Source: an uncultured Abiotrophia sp.
Lineage (GTDB): Bacteria; Bacillota; Bacilli; Lactobacillales; Aerococcaceae
DNA: 64,000 nucleotides
Reading direction: 5' to 3'
NCBI RefSeq assembly: GCF_938010525.1
Contig: NZ_CALLVK010000021.1
Location: 183,263 to 247,262 of the forward strand
Part shown: positions 36,667 through 46,655 of the stretch, piece by piece
How the letters are laid out: the number at the start of each line of letters is the position of its first letter
How positions within the stretch are numbered: the stretch's first letter is position 1
Position numbers and translations under genes: made by a program
The notes under the pieces: generated by a model
What the model saw: only the letters and a program-made list of their open reading frames with translations
Database searches by the model: none
Told to the model about the DNA's origin: nothing

Positions 36667-37854
36667 TTAAGTATTTTGGGCCACTTGCTCCATAAAGGCA
36701 AGGGCTTCTTGATAACCGCCACTGGCCTTAAAGCTCTTGGCCACACGTCCCGCTGCATCACGATAATGAGGCTCTTCCAAAACGGTTAGGACGGCATGCC
36801 GAATGGTGACTGGTGTCATGAGCTTGAGCCAGTAACCGGCTCCCAGTTCAGCAGTCCGTTTGGCTACGGCTCCTTGTTCAGGCGTTTGGGGGCAGAGAAT
36901 AAGGGGTACCTGATGATAGAGCCCTTCTGAGGCAGAATTCATACCACAATGGGTCATAAAGACGTCAGCAATGGCCAATACCGCCATTTGGTCTACTCGA
37001 TCGTGAATTTCTATATGGTCAGGCAAGCCCTGCCAGTCGCTAAGCTCACTCTGGCCTAAAGCTATGATGACTTGATAGTCCGGCAAATCCCTAAAGGCCT
37101 CTATTACGGCACGATAGAAGTCCTCATTATGAACGACTGTCCCCAAGGACACGTAGATGGTCTTGGCTCGTGTCTTAGGATAAGGTTTTTCAACCGGTCG
37201 AATTGACGGTCCAATAAAGCGATAGTTGGAGCCAAAACTATCCCAACATGGTTGAAAGTAAGGGGAAGTATAGACCATGGTAGGGGTAGCCTCATCATTT
37301 TGAATGAGGTCTAGGACACTACCAATTTCATAGCCTCGCTCCCGCAAGCGATTGAGCTCTCGATTAATACTTGGCATGGACCAGAGCAATTTCAATAAGG
37401 CCCAGATACTCTGCCTCATATAACGTGAGGACTCCTTATTGAAGGCAAAGGTCGTGTTGGAGCAAACATAAGGCAGATTCAATTTCTTAGCTAGAAGCTT
37501 GGCCCAGGTTGCCATCGAGTCTCCCACAACTAAATCCGGTTGGAGTTCTTTCAAGGCCTCTAGAGCTGGCCCTTCAAACGCCAAGGTAGATTGGACTAGC
37601 AAATGTGTGGCAAAAGCCAAGTCCTTGCCCGAGCGGTCTGAGCTCTCACGCTCATCTAGCCCCAAGTCAAAATCCCCATAGTCATCGCAAGCCACAAATT
37701 GAGCACCTGTCGCCTGAATGGCTTGTCTGAAGCGCTCAAAGGAAAAATAAGTTACCTGGTGCCCGGCTTCCATCAGATAGCGCACCAAACCTAGAGTTGG
37801 ATTGGTATGGCCTTGAGCTGGTATACAGAACCATGCAATTTTCATTCTTATCAC
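36667..37854 (-). CDS. GT1 glycosyltransferase, MGT/UDP-glucuronosyl-glucosyltransferase family
   Basis: 395 aa; N-terminal GHTNPTLGL motif and C-terminal UDP-sugar binding region typical of macrolide-type GTs. Confidence 0.65.
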   Translation of the reverse strand: MIRMKIAWFCIPAQGHTNPTLGLVRYLMEAGHQVTYFSFERFRQAIQATGAQFVACDDYGDFDLGLDERESSDRSGKDLAFATHLLVQSTLAFEGPALEALKELQPDLVVGDSMATWAKLLAKKLNLPYVCSNTTFAFNKESSRYMRQSIWALLKLLWSMPSINRELNRLRERGYEIGSVLDLIQNDEATPTMVYTSPYFQPCWDSFGSNYRFIGPSIRPVEKPYPKTRAKTIYVSLGTVVHNEDFYRAVIEAFRDLPDYQVIIALGQSELSDWQGLPDHIEIHDRVDQMAVLAIADVFMTHCGMNSASEGLYHQVPLILCPQTPEQGAVAKRTAELGAGYWLKLMTPVTIRHAVLTVLEEPHYRDAAGRVAKSFKASGGYQEALAFMEQVAQNT

Positions 37855-37959
37855 CTCATTTACAAGACAAGAGCAAATAATAGAGACAATATACTAATCC
37901 TATTATAACATGGTGCCCCACTAAACCCCAATAAAATTACCCTAGCCAAAATAGACAAA

Positions 37960-37992
37960 CACCATCCTATGCTAGGCAGCATAGGATGGTGA
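37960..37992 (-). terminator. Rho-independent terminator downstream of the aldo/keto reductase gene
   Basis: caccatcctatgct-aggc-agcataggatggtg 13-bp perfect stem followed by uuugucuauuuu on the minus strand. Confidence 0.7.
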
Positions 37993-38001
37993 CTGACTTA
38001 C

Positions 38002-38931
38002 TTATGGGAGCCGATTGCCCCCCGCCTTATAGATACGATACCAGTCCTCACGACTGACTTCAATGCGACAGGCTTGAGCCAAATCCACTAAGCGCCAAGG
38101 CTGCATGGAACCAACTAAGACTTGCATTTTAGCAGGATGGCGTAGAATCCAAGCTAGAGCCAAGGCATCCGAACTGACACCATAGCTTAAAGCCAAGCTA
38201 GCTAAACAATCCCTTAAGTCCTGATAGTCTGGGTGTAACATATAGGGGCCTTGGTGTAAATCCACTTGGAAAGGCGACCAAGCCTGAACGGTTATCTGAT
38301 GAAGGCGACAATAATTGAGGACATCGCCATCACGATTGATACTTTCCGAGCCTTTGGTGTTGACATTCAAGCTAGCATCTAAAAGCACCGTGTGGGCTGG
38401 CCCAAATTCCAACTGATTGACAATGAGGGCTTGATCTAAGTAGGAAGACAAGAGACTCATTTGTCCTGGATTCTGGTTGCTGACGCCAAAGTAGCGGACT
38501 TTACCCGACTGATGAAGGTCATGGAAGGCCTCGGCTACTTCTTCTGGTTCCATCAAGGCATCTGGCCGATGCAGGGCCAAGACGTCTAGGTAATCTGTTT
38601 GGAGTCGCTTGAGGCTGCCTTCCACCGCTTGGATAATGTGGGCTTTGGAGAAATCGAAATGGTAGTTAGACCAGACATCGGCCAGGCCACATTTGGATTG
38701 AATTAAGAGATCCTGTCGAGCTAGGCCCAGGCCTGTCCAAGCTTGGCCAAAACGTAATTCAGATTGACCCTTGCCATAAATATCAGCATGGTCGAAGAAA
38801 TTAATCCCTAGGTCTTGGCAGGTCGCTAGGGCCTTTTGGCTGTCAGCCAAGCTTAGGCTATCCATGCGCATACAACCTAAGGCGATGGCACTGGCACCTG
38901 CTAGCTGACCTCCTAAGTTTAAGGTCTTCAT
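38002..38931 (-). CDS. Aldo/keto reductase family oxidoreductase
   Basis: 309 aa AKR fold; its start overlaps the stop of the upstream GH35 gene by 4 nt (operon). Confidence 0.75.
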   Translation of the reverse strand: MKTLNLGGQLAGASAIALGCMRMDSLSLADSQKALATCQDLGINFFDHADIYGKGQSELRFGQAWTGLGLARQDLLIQSKCGLADVWSNYHFDFSKAHIIQAVEGSLKRLQTDYLDVLALHRPDALMEPEEVAEAFHDLHQSGKVRYFGVSNQNPGQMSLLSSYLDQALIVNQLEFGPAHTVLLDASLNVNTKGSESINRDGDVLNYCRLHQITVQAWSPFQVDLHQGPYMLHPDYQDLRDCLASLALSYGVSSDALALAWILRHPAKMQVLVGSMQPWRLVDLAQACRIEVSREDWYRIYKAGGNRLP

Positions 38932-40730
38932 GCCTCAACCTCCCCTTCTTCTGGGCGATAAACAGGCCGATCTACTAAATTCAAGCTCTCTACTGGCACC
39001 GACTCCGTCTCAAAGACCACGAACTCGTTGTGATTCTTGAGGAAGCCTGACGGAACATAGAGGTATTGGATGGGTCCCTGAGACCAGTAACGGCCAAGGT
39101 TGAAACCATTGACACAGACGCAACCCTTACCATAGGCAGAGCAATCAATAAAGGTATCCTGAATCTGATCCAGCTCAACCTCGAAGCGGTAGAAATGGGG
39201 ACTTTCTGGTTGTGTAGGTCGCGGACCTTCATGATAGCTAACTGCTGCTAGCATGTCTGGCTTGAATTCTAGGGCATATTGTCTGAAGCCTTTGCGGAAC
39301 TGGTGGTTAATCATAACGCCGCCCTTAATGCCCTTAGATTGAGTCGGACTATTGAGTTTGAAGCCGTAATTGACGCGCCCCATATTTTCTACCAAAACAT
39401 CGACTTGAGCAGAAGCTTGGTCGGAATCAAAGAGCACTTCATCGCCAATGTCTTCTCGGTATTGGGTCACTAGGTGCTTGCCTTGGATAAAGACTTGAAC
39501 CCGGTCATGGGCATTGATGATTTTAAGTCGTTCCGGATGGCCATGGTGTGCGACCCGCGTCCGATAGAGAGTATAACCATAGTGTTGACCCAAGGCTTCC
39601 ATGGCTAGCGGGTAGTCCACTTCTTGGCCGGTTCCTAACTGGTCGGCGACTTCTAACAAGTCGGCCCAGCCAAGCACTGGATAGGTGCCATAGGCTCTAG
39701 CCTGGCGACTACGGGGCTCAAACTGAGGTAAGTCTGGGAAAAGCTCATGGATCACCCGCTGAACTGCATAATATTTGGCAGTTGGTTGGCCCCATTCATT
39801 AATTGGGGCATCAAAGTCATAAGAAGTGACCTGTGGGAGATCCCGATGCTTGCGTGCAGAACAGCCATTAATAAAGCCAAAGTTGGTCCCGCCTCGCAAG
39901 AGGAAGAGGTTGACACTGCCGACAGCCATCATTTCCTTAACATCATGGGCCAAGTCCTCCGGGTCACGGCGGACAATAGGCTCATTCCAACGGTTGAACC
40001 AACCATCCCAGAACTCCGTGCACATTAGTGGCCATTGCTTGCCATGACGGTCGAAGAAGGCTTGGAGGGCTTGGGTATTGCCCGGTGCATCCGAGCCGAA
40101 GTTACCAGTGACAAAGATATCATCTTCAATCAAGGTACCGGACTCTAGCGCTTCAATCCAGGTGCCATCCGAGGTAAAGAGTGGCACATCTATACCCCGG
40201 TCACGCATCATTTGGGCCACGGCCCGTAAATAGTCTTTGTCTTCTGCATAGGAGCCATACTCGTTCTCGACTTGCATCATCAAGATAGGGCCCCCATGAG
40301 TGAACTGATAAGGTACTAGCTGTGGTAGAAGCCAATCATAATAAGCCGCTACCTTGGACAGAAAGGCCTGATCATAGGTGCGATATCGCATGCCGGGATA
40401 GTTGAGCAACCAAGCCGGCAGGCCCCCAAAATCAAACTCCGCACAAATATAGGGACAGGGGCGGACAATCAAGTGAAGGCCCATACGACTGACTAGGTCA
40501 AAGTAGGCTTTGAAATCCAGCAAGCCGCGGTCTTCAAAGACCCCTTCATGAGGCTCATGCAAATTCCAAGGGATGTAAGTCTCGACGGTATTGTAACCTA
40601 GCGCCTTGAGATTGTAGAGGGTGTCTTCCCATTGATCTGGATGCAGACGGAAATACTGGATAGCCCCGGACAAGATTTTGAAGGGCTGACCATCTAAATA
40701 GAATTGGTCGCGAATTTCGAACTGTGTCAT
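38928..40730 (-). CDS. Beta-galactosidase, GH35 (cytoplasmic, no signal peptide)
   Basis: 600 aa; GGPILMMQVENEYGSY catalytic region typical of GH35. Confidence 0.8.
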   Translation of the reverse strand: MTQFEIRDQFYLDGQPFKILSGAIQYFRLHPDQWEDTLYNLKALGYNTVETYIPWNLHEPHEGVFEDRGLLDFKAYFDLVSRMGLHLIVRPCPYICAEFDFGGLPAWLLNYPGMRYRTYDQAFLSKVAAYYDWLLPQLVPYQFTHGGPILMMQVENEYGSYAEDKDYLRAVAQMMRDRGIDVPLFTSDGTWIEALESGTLIEDDIFVTGNFGSDAPGNTQALQAFFDRHGKQWPLMCTEFWDGWFNRWNEPIVRRDPEDLAHDVKEMMAVGSVNLFLLRGGTNFGFINGCSARKHRDLPQVTSYDFDAPINEWGQPTAKYYAVQRVIHELFPDLPQFEPRSRQARAYGTYPVLGWADLLEVADQLGTGQEVDYPLAMEALGQHYGYTLYRTRVAHHGHPERLKIINAHDRVQVFIQGKHLVTQYREDIGDEVLFDSDQASAQVDVLVENMGRVNYGFKLNSPTQSKGIKGGVMINHQFRKGFRQYALEFKPDMLAAVSYHEGPRPTQPESPHFYRFEVELDQIQDTFIDCSAYGKGCVCVNGFNLGRYWSQGPIQYLYVPSGFLKNHNEFVVFETESVPVESLNLVDRPVYRPEEGEVEA

Positions 40731-42091
40731 GCGCCCATCTCCTGTTGTTTATCAGCAATCTTAACGAATGGATAGTAGACGGCAGTGGAAATCCCGATAT
40801 TAATCAAGGACAGGACAATAGCCCGCCAGTCAAAGGCTGTTGCGAAGAAACCATAGAGGACAGGTGGCATTACCCAAGTTACGTTCTGAGTAACCGGTGC
40901 TACCAAGCCCATCGTTGTCGCAAAATAAGCCACTGTTACCATCAGCACTGGGCTGAGGACAAAGGGGATGAACATAATTGGGTTAAGGACGATTGGTACC
41001 CCGTACATGACAGGTTCCCCAATGTTAAAGACCATAGGGAAGATCCCTAATTTAGCCACTTCACGCAAATGACGACTACGTGCCATCCAGAGAATGGAGA
41101 TAGCTAAGCCAATGGCATCGAACCATACAAAGGCACCGAAGGAGTTATCTGTCCATAGATAAGGAATAGTGGTACCAGCGCGGTAAGCTTCTAAATTGGC
41201 TAGCATGGTCACCCCGAAGAGACTGGACATAACAGGCGCCAAGACGTTGCCGCCGTGGAGGCCGAAGAACCAGAAAATCTTGTTTAAGATGACAATAATG
41301 AGGACAGCCAAGAAGCTTTGCGACATATTAAGCAGTGGCGCTTGTAAGACCTTATAAACCCAGGTAATCATCAATTCACCGGTCAATTGATTGAAGGCAT
41401 AAGTGGCAATAGCGACTACATACATGGCAATAGCTGCCGGAATGATGGATAGGAAAGGCTTAACAATAGCAGGTGGTACTGAATCTGGCAACTTAATGGT
41501 CCAGTTCCGATTCATGACCTTACAGAAGATGATAACCGATACGAAACCAATGATAATCCCTGTAAAGTAACCCTTGGCCCCGATTTGGTCTAGTGGAATG
41601 GCATTACGTACCGTAACCGCTAATTCCTCCCCTTGAACTGCTACACCTTGTAGCTTATCACCCAGAAGGCCAGCTAAGGCCTTAGAGTCAACATTTTCTA
41701 GCTTAAAGTTCTGCGTTACCGTATTAGCAATGGTAATGACATAGGAAGCAACAGCCACCAAACCAGCGGAGACTGTATCCACCTTGTAAATCTTGGCGAT
41801 ATTAACACCAAAGTTAAAGAGAAAGAGGAAGACAACAATTGGGATAGACCCTTTGAAGAGGATGTAGTTGATATCAATCAACCAACCAAAAGTCTGCGGG
41901 ATGAAGGTATTGCCAAATTGGCCAGGTAAATCCGCCAAAAAGGCATTAATCATGAGAGCGAATGATCCGGCCATAATAACCGGCATGGTCCCAATAAATG
42001 AATCCCGAAGTGCAACAAGGAACCGTTGGTTCCCGACTTTGTTGGCGATAGGCATCAGACGCTCTTGCCAACGATCGACTAAACTTGCCAT
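40727..42091 (-). CDS. PTS lactose/cellobiose-family EIIC component
   Basis: 454 aa polytopic, CelB/LacE-like. Confidence 0.75.
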   Translation of the reverse strand: MASLVDRWQERLMPIANKVGNQRFLVALRDSFIGTMPVIMAGSFALMINAFLADLPGQFGNTFIPQTFGWLIDINYILFKGSIPIVVFLFLFNFGVNIAKIYKVDTVSAGLVAVASYVITIANTVTQNFKLENVDSKALAGLLGDKLQGVAVQGEELAVTVRNAIPLDQIGAKGYFTGIIIGFVSVIIFCKVMNRNWTIKLPDSVPPAIVKPFLSIIPAAIAMYVVAIATYAFNQLTGELMITWVYKVLQAPLLNMSQSFLAVLIIVILNKIFWFFGLHGGNVLAPVMSSLFGVTMLANLEAYRAGTTIPYLWTDNSFGAFVWFDAIGLAISILWMARSRHLREVAKLGIFPMVFNIGEPVMYGVPIVLNPIMFIPFVLSPVLMVTVAYFATTMGLVAPVTQNVTWVMPPVLYGFFATAFDWRAIVLSLINIGISTAVYYPFVKIADKQQEMGA

Positions 42092-42178
42092 GATAATTCC
42101 TCCTTAAATTTTTACATAAATTAATTAAAACCACGGTTTGGGTGTCTACCAACCTAGCTCGGACTGCTCCCAAGCCAC

Positions 42179-42496
42179 TTATTGGGGTAAGACTTGGTAG
42201 ACTTCGATTAATTCCTGAGCTAAATCGACAAAGGCGATACTGGTCATGAGATGATCCTGACCATGAATCATAAAGAGACTGAGGGGCTGCTCAATCCCTT
42301 GCGCTTCTTGAGCCAAGGCTCCGGCCTGGGCGTGATGGGCTTCTAAGAGGGCTGCTCGAGCCGCTGCCATTCGCTCCGTCGCGCTCTGGAAATCTCGCTT
42401 CTTAGCTGCTGCCATGGCTTCGATGGCACAGGATTTGGCTTCGCCGCCATACATAATTAACTGCATGGCTACTTCTAATGCGGCTTCTTGTGACAT
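42179..42496 (-). CDS. PTS lactose/cellobiose-family EIIA component
   Basis: 105 aa all-helical EIIA-lac type with a His near the C-terminus (MIHGQDHLM). Confidence 0.7.
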   Translation of the reverse strand: MSQEAALEVAMQLIMYGGEAKSCAIEAMAAAKKRDFQSATERMAAARAALLEAHHAQAGALAQEAQGIEQPLSLFMIHGQDHLMTSIAFVDLAQELIEVYQVLPQ

Positions 42497-42508
42497 AGGC
42501 TTGCTCCT

Positions 42509-42826
42509 TTATCCCATGAGACTTACGGCTAAGGCCAAGACCTTATCGCCTTTCATCATGCCATAATCTGTCATGGGGATGACCTCCACTGGGATGCCAC
42601 GGGCTGACAAGTCAGCGGAAAACTCGTTCTTCAAATAGCGGACTTGGGGGCCTAACAATAAGACATCTACTGCATTGTTTTGGAGATATTCCTTGGCTTC
42701 TGGCACTGGCACAGCAAAAATATGGGCATCTAACCCTTGATCTTGCGCGGCCTTTTCCATCTTGGATACCATGAGACTGGTCGACATGCCAGCAGCACAG
42801 ACTAACATGATTTGCTTAGTTTCCAT
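42509..42826 (-). CDS. PTS lactose/cellobiose-family EIIB component
   Basis: 105 aa; MLVCAAGMSTSLMV Cys site. Confidence 0.75.
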   Translation of the reverse strand: METKQIMLVCAAGMSTSLMVSKMEKAAQDQGLDAHIFAVPVPEAKEYLQNNAVDVLLLGPQVRYLKNEFSADLSARGIPVEVIPMTDYGMMKGDKVLALAVSLMG

Positions 42827-43034
42827 TTACAACACCCTTTCCTTAAAATTCGAAAGAAAAATAATCGGTCCCTATTATTTTGAAAATGTAAACAAGCAGG
42901 CGTGAAAAGGAACCGATTCTCAACAATTATTTACTTTCTATTAATATTATAGGACATGAGATCCTAAATGTCAACGTTTTCATTTGAGGATTTATTTGTT
43001 TTTTGTTATGATATTCGTGAGGAAGTGACCAGAC

Positions 43035-44222
43035 ATGACAATAACCAAAAAACAGGCCACACTAAGGGCCACCATTCTAGATAAACTATATGCAAAAGCA
43101 CCACTATCACGTATTGATATTGCCAAAGAAACGGGCATAACGCCTGCTACTACGGGGTCTATTATCGGGGATTTAATTCGTCAAGAACTCGTCTATGAAG
43201 TTGGGGAAGCTGAAGATGATACTGTAGGCCGCAAGAAAACCTTACTTAGTCTTATGCCCCATCGTGCCTACTATCTAGGTGTCGAAATCTCTGAGAAATA
43301 CCTAGCCTTGGTCATTACTGATAACCTTGGCGAGATTCAAGCCAGCGACTACAGCATGACCTTCCAACAGCTAGGTAACTACCCGACTAGCGCTGACTTA
43401 GCCGACTTCATTCATCAATTTATAGCGCAACACCCTGACTTTCCCTTGACCGCCATTGGCGTCGGGCTACCGGGCCACGTAGACTTCGACTTGAGTCCCT
43501 ATATTCAATCCAACAATCAGCATTGGCAGAATCTCAATCTGGAAGAGCTAGCCCAGGCCTTTAGACTGCCGCTTTATTTTGATAATAAGTCTCACTGCTT
43601 GACCCTGGCCCAAAGACTTTATGGCCAAGATGACAAAAACGATCATAATTTTATCGTCTTCCATGTCGCTAACGGTATTCATTGTTCCTATATGTATCAA
43701 GGGCAAATCTACGGGCGACAGAACTTCCTGATTGGCGAAATCGGCCATACGATTTTGAATCCACAAGGGGAAGCCTGCACCTGTGGTAAACGGGGTTGTC
43801 TGCAAGTCTATGCTAGCGAATCTAACTTGATTGCTAAGGCCCAAACCCTCTATCGGGTAGCCCAATCCACCTTCCTGCCTAGCCTGGTATCAGAGTCTGA
43901 AGCGATTACGCTTGCTACTATTATGGATGCCTGCGCCTTAGGCGATACTAGCTGTCTCCAATTGATTCAGCAAGCCTGTCACTACCTGTCGATTGCCCTA
44001 TCCAATCTCAGTCAGCTGATTGACAGTGATGCTATCTACCTTGACGGCCAGTTCTTCTCCTATCCACTAGTCGACACCCTCTTGCACCAGGAGCTAGCGG
44101 CGACCACCCCGCTCTTCCACAAGCAAAAGAAAATACGACTCATTCCCCTGGCCTATAGCCCACTCAATATCGCGCGGGCAGCCACTAGCCTCTGTGTCAA
44201 AGCCAGCTTCTTATCAGCATAA
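43035..44222 (+). CDS. ROK-family transcriptional regulator (NagC/XylR-like), divergent from the PTS-GH35 operon
   Basis: 395 aa; N-terminal HTH; ROK zinc motif CTCGKRGCLQ. Confidence 0.75.
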   Translation: MTITKKQATLRATILDKLYAKAPLSRIDIAKETGITPATTGSIIGDLIRQELVYEVGEAEDDTVGRKKTLLSLMPHRAYYLGVEISEKYLALVITDNLGEIQASDYSMTFQQLGNYPTSADLADFIHQFIAQHPDFPLTAIGVGLPGHVDFDLSPYIQSNNQHWQNLNLEELAQAFRLPLYFDNKSHCLTLAQRLYGQDDKNDHNFIVFHVANGIHCSYMYQGQIYGRQNFLIGEIGHTILNPQGEACTCGKRGCLQVYASESNLIAKAQTLYRVAQSTFLPSLVSESEAITLATIMDACALGDTSCLQLIQQACHYLSIALSNLSQLIDSDAIYLDGQFFSYPLVDTLLHQELAATTPLFHKQKKIRLIPLAYSPLNIARAATSLCVKASFLSA

Positions 44223-44279
44223 AAATAAGCGGACCATCTACTGAAGCTAGTAGTAGGTCCGCTCTTTTTATTGCCTTAA

Positions 44280-45179
44280 TTAGCGATTAATGGAACGGGC
44301 AATCATGGAAATGGTATGCCGTTGACCGCGGATTGCCTTGCTGAGGGCAAAAATATTCTCCACAGGAGCCAGACAGCCGTAGCCAGAGTCCCCAATGTGC
44401 TGGATGTCTACCCCACAAATCTTATTGCGGATAGCCATCTGCTTAATAGTGTCGGTATCCGAGCTTTCTTGGCTAGTTCCAATGGCGCTCATCACCAGGG
44501 CCCCTGCTTGATGGGCTCGCTGAACTATGGCCTTGAGATCCGCCTCATCGAAGCCTGGTACACTGCCTACAGCCGGCGCCAAAATAATATCGGCTCCAGC
44601 CTCAATGAATTGGCTGACTGCTTCAAGGTCTGCTACCGGCTCATCAACGCCTGCCCCGTGCATTTTACCGGCAATGACTAAACCTGAGAAGTGCTGCTTG
44701 GTTAGTCGGATGGCCTCCGCTATGGTATGATTGGTCACACCAGTCCCAGGATTACCCGTCAAACAGATAAAATCAAGACCAAAAGCTTCGGCCGCCTGTA
44801 GCGATGCCACATTGACCTGGCGCCCAGTCACTAATTCTTGCCGTTCTTCATTCATCTTAGCGTTAAGATCGACAGGCTCCAAATTGACGCCAATCGGGCG
44901 GCCCACCAGTCGATGGAGCTCTGCGACAAAATTGGGTGCATCAGGATCAATAGCAAATATAACAGGGTTTAGTAAGTCTACCCCATTTAGTAAAATGAGA
45001 TCCGCCCCAAAGGCGCGAGCCATCTCTGAGTTGGTAATATCCCCAATATAGGACTCCTTAAAGCCCACATTTTCCGACAATATCACTCGGCCCTCACAGG
45101 CCTTAATACTCTGCTTTAATTCTGCCGCCGACATGGCCAGAATTTCCGACGTGTTGGCACTAATCAAACGTTTCACCAT
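44280..45179 (-). CDS. Hypothetical protein, possibly TIM-barrel-like and related to sugar-phosphate metabolism; family not recognised
   Basis: 299 aa ORF with a GAAGGA SD; lies upstream of an RpiR/SIS regulator. Confidence 0.4.
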   Translation of the reverse strand: MVKRLISANTSEILAMSAAELKQSIKACEGRVILSENVGFKESYIGDITNSEMARAFGADLILLNGVDLLNPVIFAIDPDAPNFVAELHRLVGRPIGVNLEPVDLNAKMNEERQELVTGRQVNVASLQAAEAFGLDFICLTGNPGTGVTNHTIAEAIRLTKQHFSGLVIAGKMHGAGVDEPVADLEAVSQFIEAGADIILAPAVGSVPGFDEADLKAIVQRAHQAGALVMSAIGTSQESSDTDTIKQMAIRNKICGVDIQHIGDSGYGCLAPVENIFALSKAIRGQRHTISMIARSINR

Positions 45180-45550
45180 GTAAATCCTTCTTTCTTTTTG
45201 ATAATAATAAAGATAAGACTAACCTTTGATTACGCCCTTTTGTTTACATTTTGTTACTAATTAGTATAGCATGATTCGCCGGATATGTAAACGGTTTATA
45301 TCGTAGGGGCATAGCGCCTAGAATAACTATATTAGTTCAATTTTATACATCGAGTTCGGGTTAACCCAAACTCACCATAAAATCGTGACCGCTTAAGAAA
45401 ATTATATTTCAGGCTCATTTCTCCTTTATATAAGCATTGGTCGAAATAAATTCTGTTCAAAACGCCTTTTAAAAAATCTGTTGAATTGACTTATAAAATC
45501 TGCTAATCATTAGGAACTTGAGCTCCTAGTTTATTCACCCCATATGGACA

Positions 45551-45585
45551 AAAAAGGTTGGGCCTAAACCCAACCTTTTGTTTTA
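45551..45585. terminator. Rho-independent terminator downstream of the RpiR gene
   Basis: ggttggg-cctaaa-cccaacc hairpin between an A-run and T-run. Confidence 0.6.
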
Positions 45586-46425
45586 ATCCATCTTTCGAAT
45601 CATCTTCCGAGTTTTAACCAAATGCTCCTTGGTTGCATGAAATTGGCGTTGAGCCACCCCATAGTAGAGCAAGTCGGTAATAATCAAGGACCCGTCTCGG
45701 GAGGTAACTGAGCCTAGGCGTATTTCTTTTTCGTCTTGGGGGATGAAAAGGCAAATATCAGCTAGACTGACGAGGGGCGCCTTGAGATTATGTCCCGTGA
45801 TAGCGATTATTTTGGCACCCTGCTCCTTAGCAAGGTAGGCCATTTGATTGACACTATGGGTGCTACCACTATAACTGACTACCAACACCACATCGCCAGG
45901 CATACAGTGCGCCATTTGCGCCATGAGTATATGAGTGTCACGATCATAGGTGACTGGACGATTAATTCGCGTCAACTTATGAACTAAGTCCATGCAGACT
46001 ACGCCACTGCCTCCAATTCCGCAGAGAAAGAGACGATGGGCGTTAGCCATCCAATCAATGGCTTGCGCAAGATCTGTTTCATCCATGAGCTCATAGGTCT
46101 GACGTAGATTCTGTTCTAGGATACTTTGGGTCTTATGGATGAGCTTAGACAGACAATCTTTAGGATCTAAAAAGAGATCCACCTCAGGCATTTCCTCATC
46201 AGTCCGGTCCTGTGCCAAGTCCAATTTTAAGGCAGGCAAGCCTTTATAACCCATCTTCTTAGCAAAGCGAGTCCAGGCCGCCCCCGATGTTCCAGAAGCA
46301 TAACCTAACTCCACAGTATTCATATCTAACACTTCATGCCGGTGCTCCAGTATATAGCGACCGATCATCTGTTCAGTCGCTGTCATTGATCCTAGGGCAC
46401 TTTTGATCTTGGTAATACAACTCAT
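45583..46425 (-). CDS. MurR/RpiR-family transcriptional regulator (HTH plus SIS domain)
   Basis: 280 aa; N-terminal HTH_6-like; SIS motif region CGIGGSGVV. Confidence 0.75.
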   Translation of the reverse strand: MSCITKIKSALGSMTATEQMIGRYILEHRHEVLDMNTVELGYASGTSGAAWTRFAKKMGYKGLPALKLDLAQDRTDEEMPEVDLFLDPKDCLSKLIHKTQSILEQNLRQTYELMDETDLAQAIDWMANAHRLFLCGIGGSGVVCMDLVHKLTRINRPVTYDRDTHILMAQMAHCMPGDVVLVVSYSGSTHSVNQMAYLAKEQGAKIIAITGHNLKAPLVSLADICLFIPQDEKEIRLGSVTSRDGSLIITDLLYYGVAQRQFHATKEHLVKTRKMIRKMD

Positions 46426-46584
46426 ACGATTCTCTCCTTTGTTATACCAAACACTGAATCCTACTTTCCATGATAGCCACGCCTAGCCCATTTTCGCCTA
46501 CAGTATATCACAATAAATCGCTTACAGCAACTAGCTTTACCTATGGTGATTCACAAACAGAGAGATATTTTTGTCGTTATCCAA

Positions 46585-46614
46585 AAGAAAACAGGCTCTA
46601 AGAGCCTGTTTTTA
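46585..46614. terminator. Rho-independent terminator downstream of the membrane-protein gene 46656-47477
   Basis: aacaggctc-taa-gagcctgtt hairpin followed by a T-run. Confidence 0.6.
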
Positions 46615-46655
46615 GCTGACTAATTTTACATCATGGTCGTATTTTACATTCTTCT

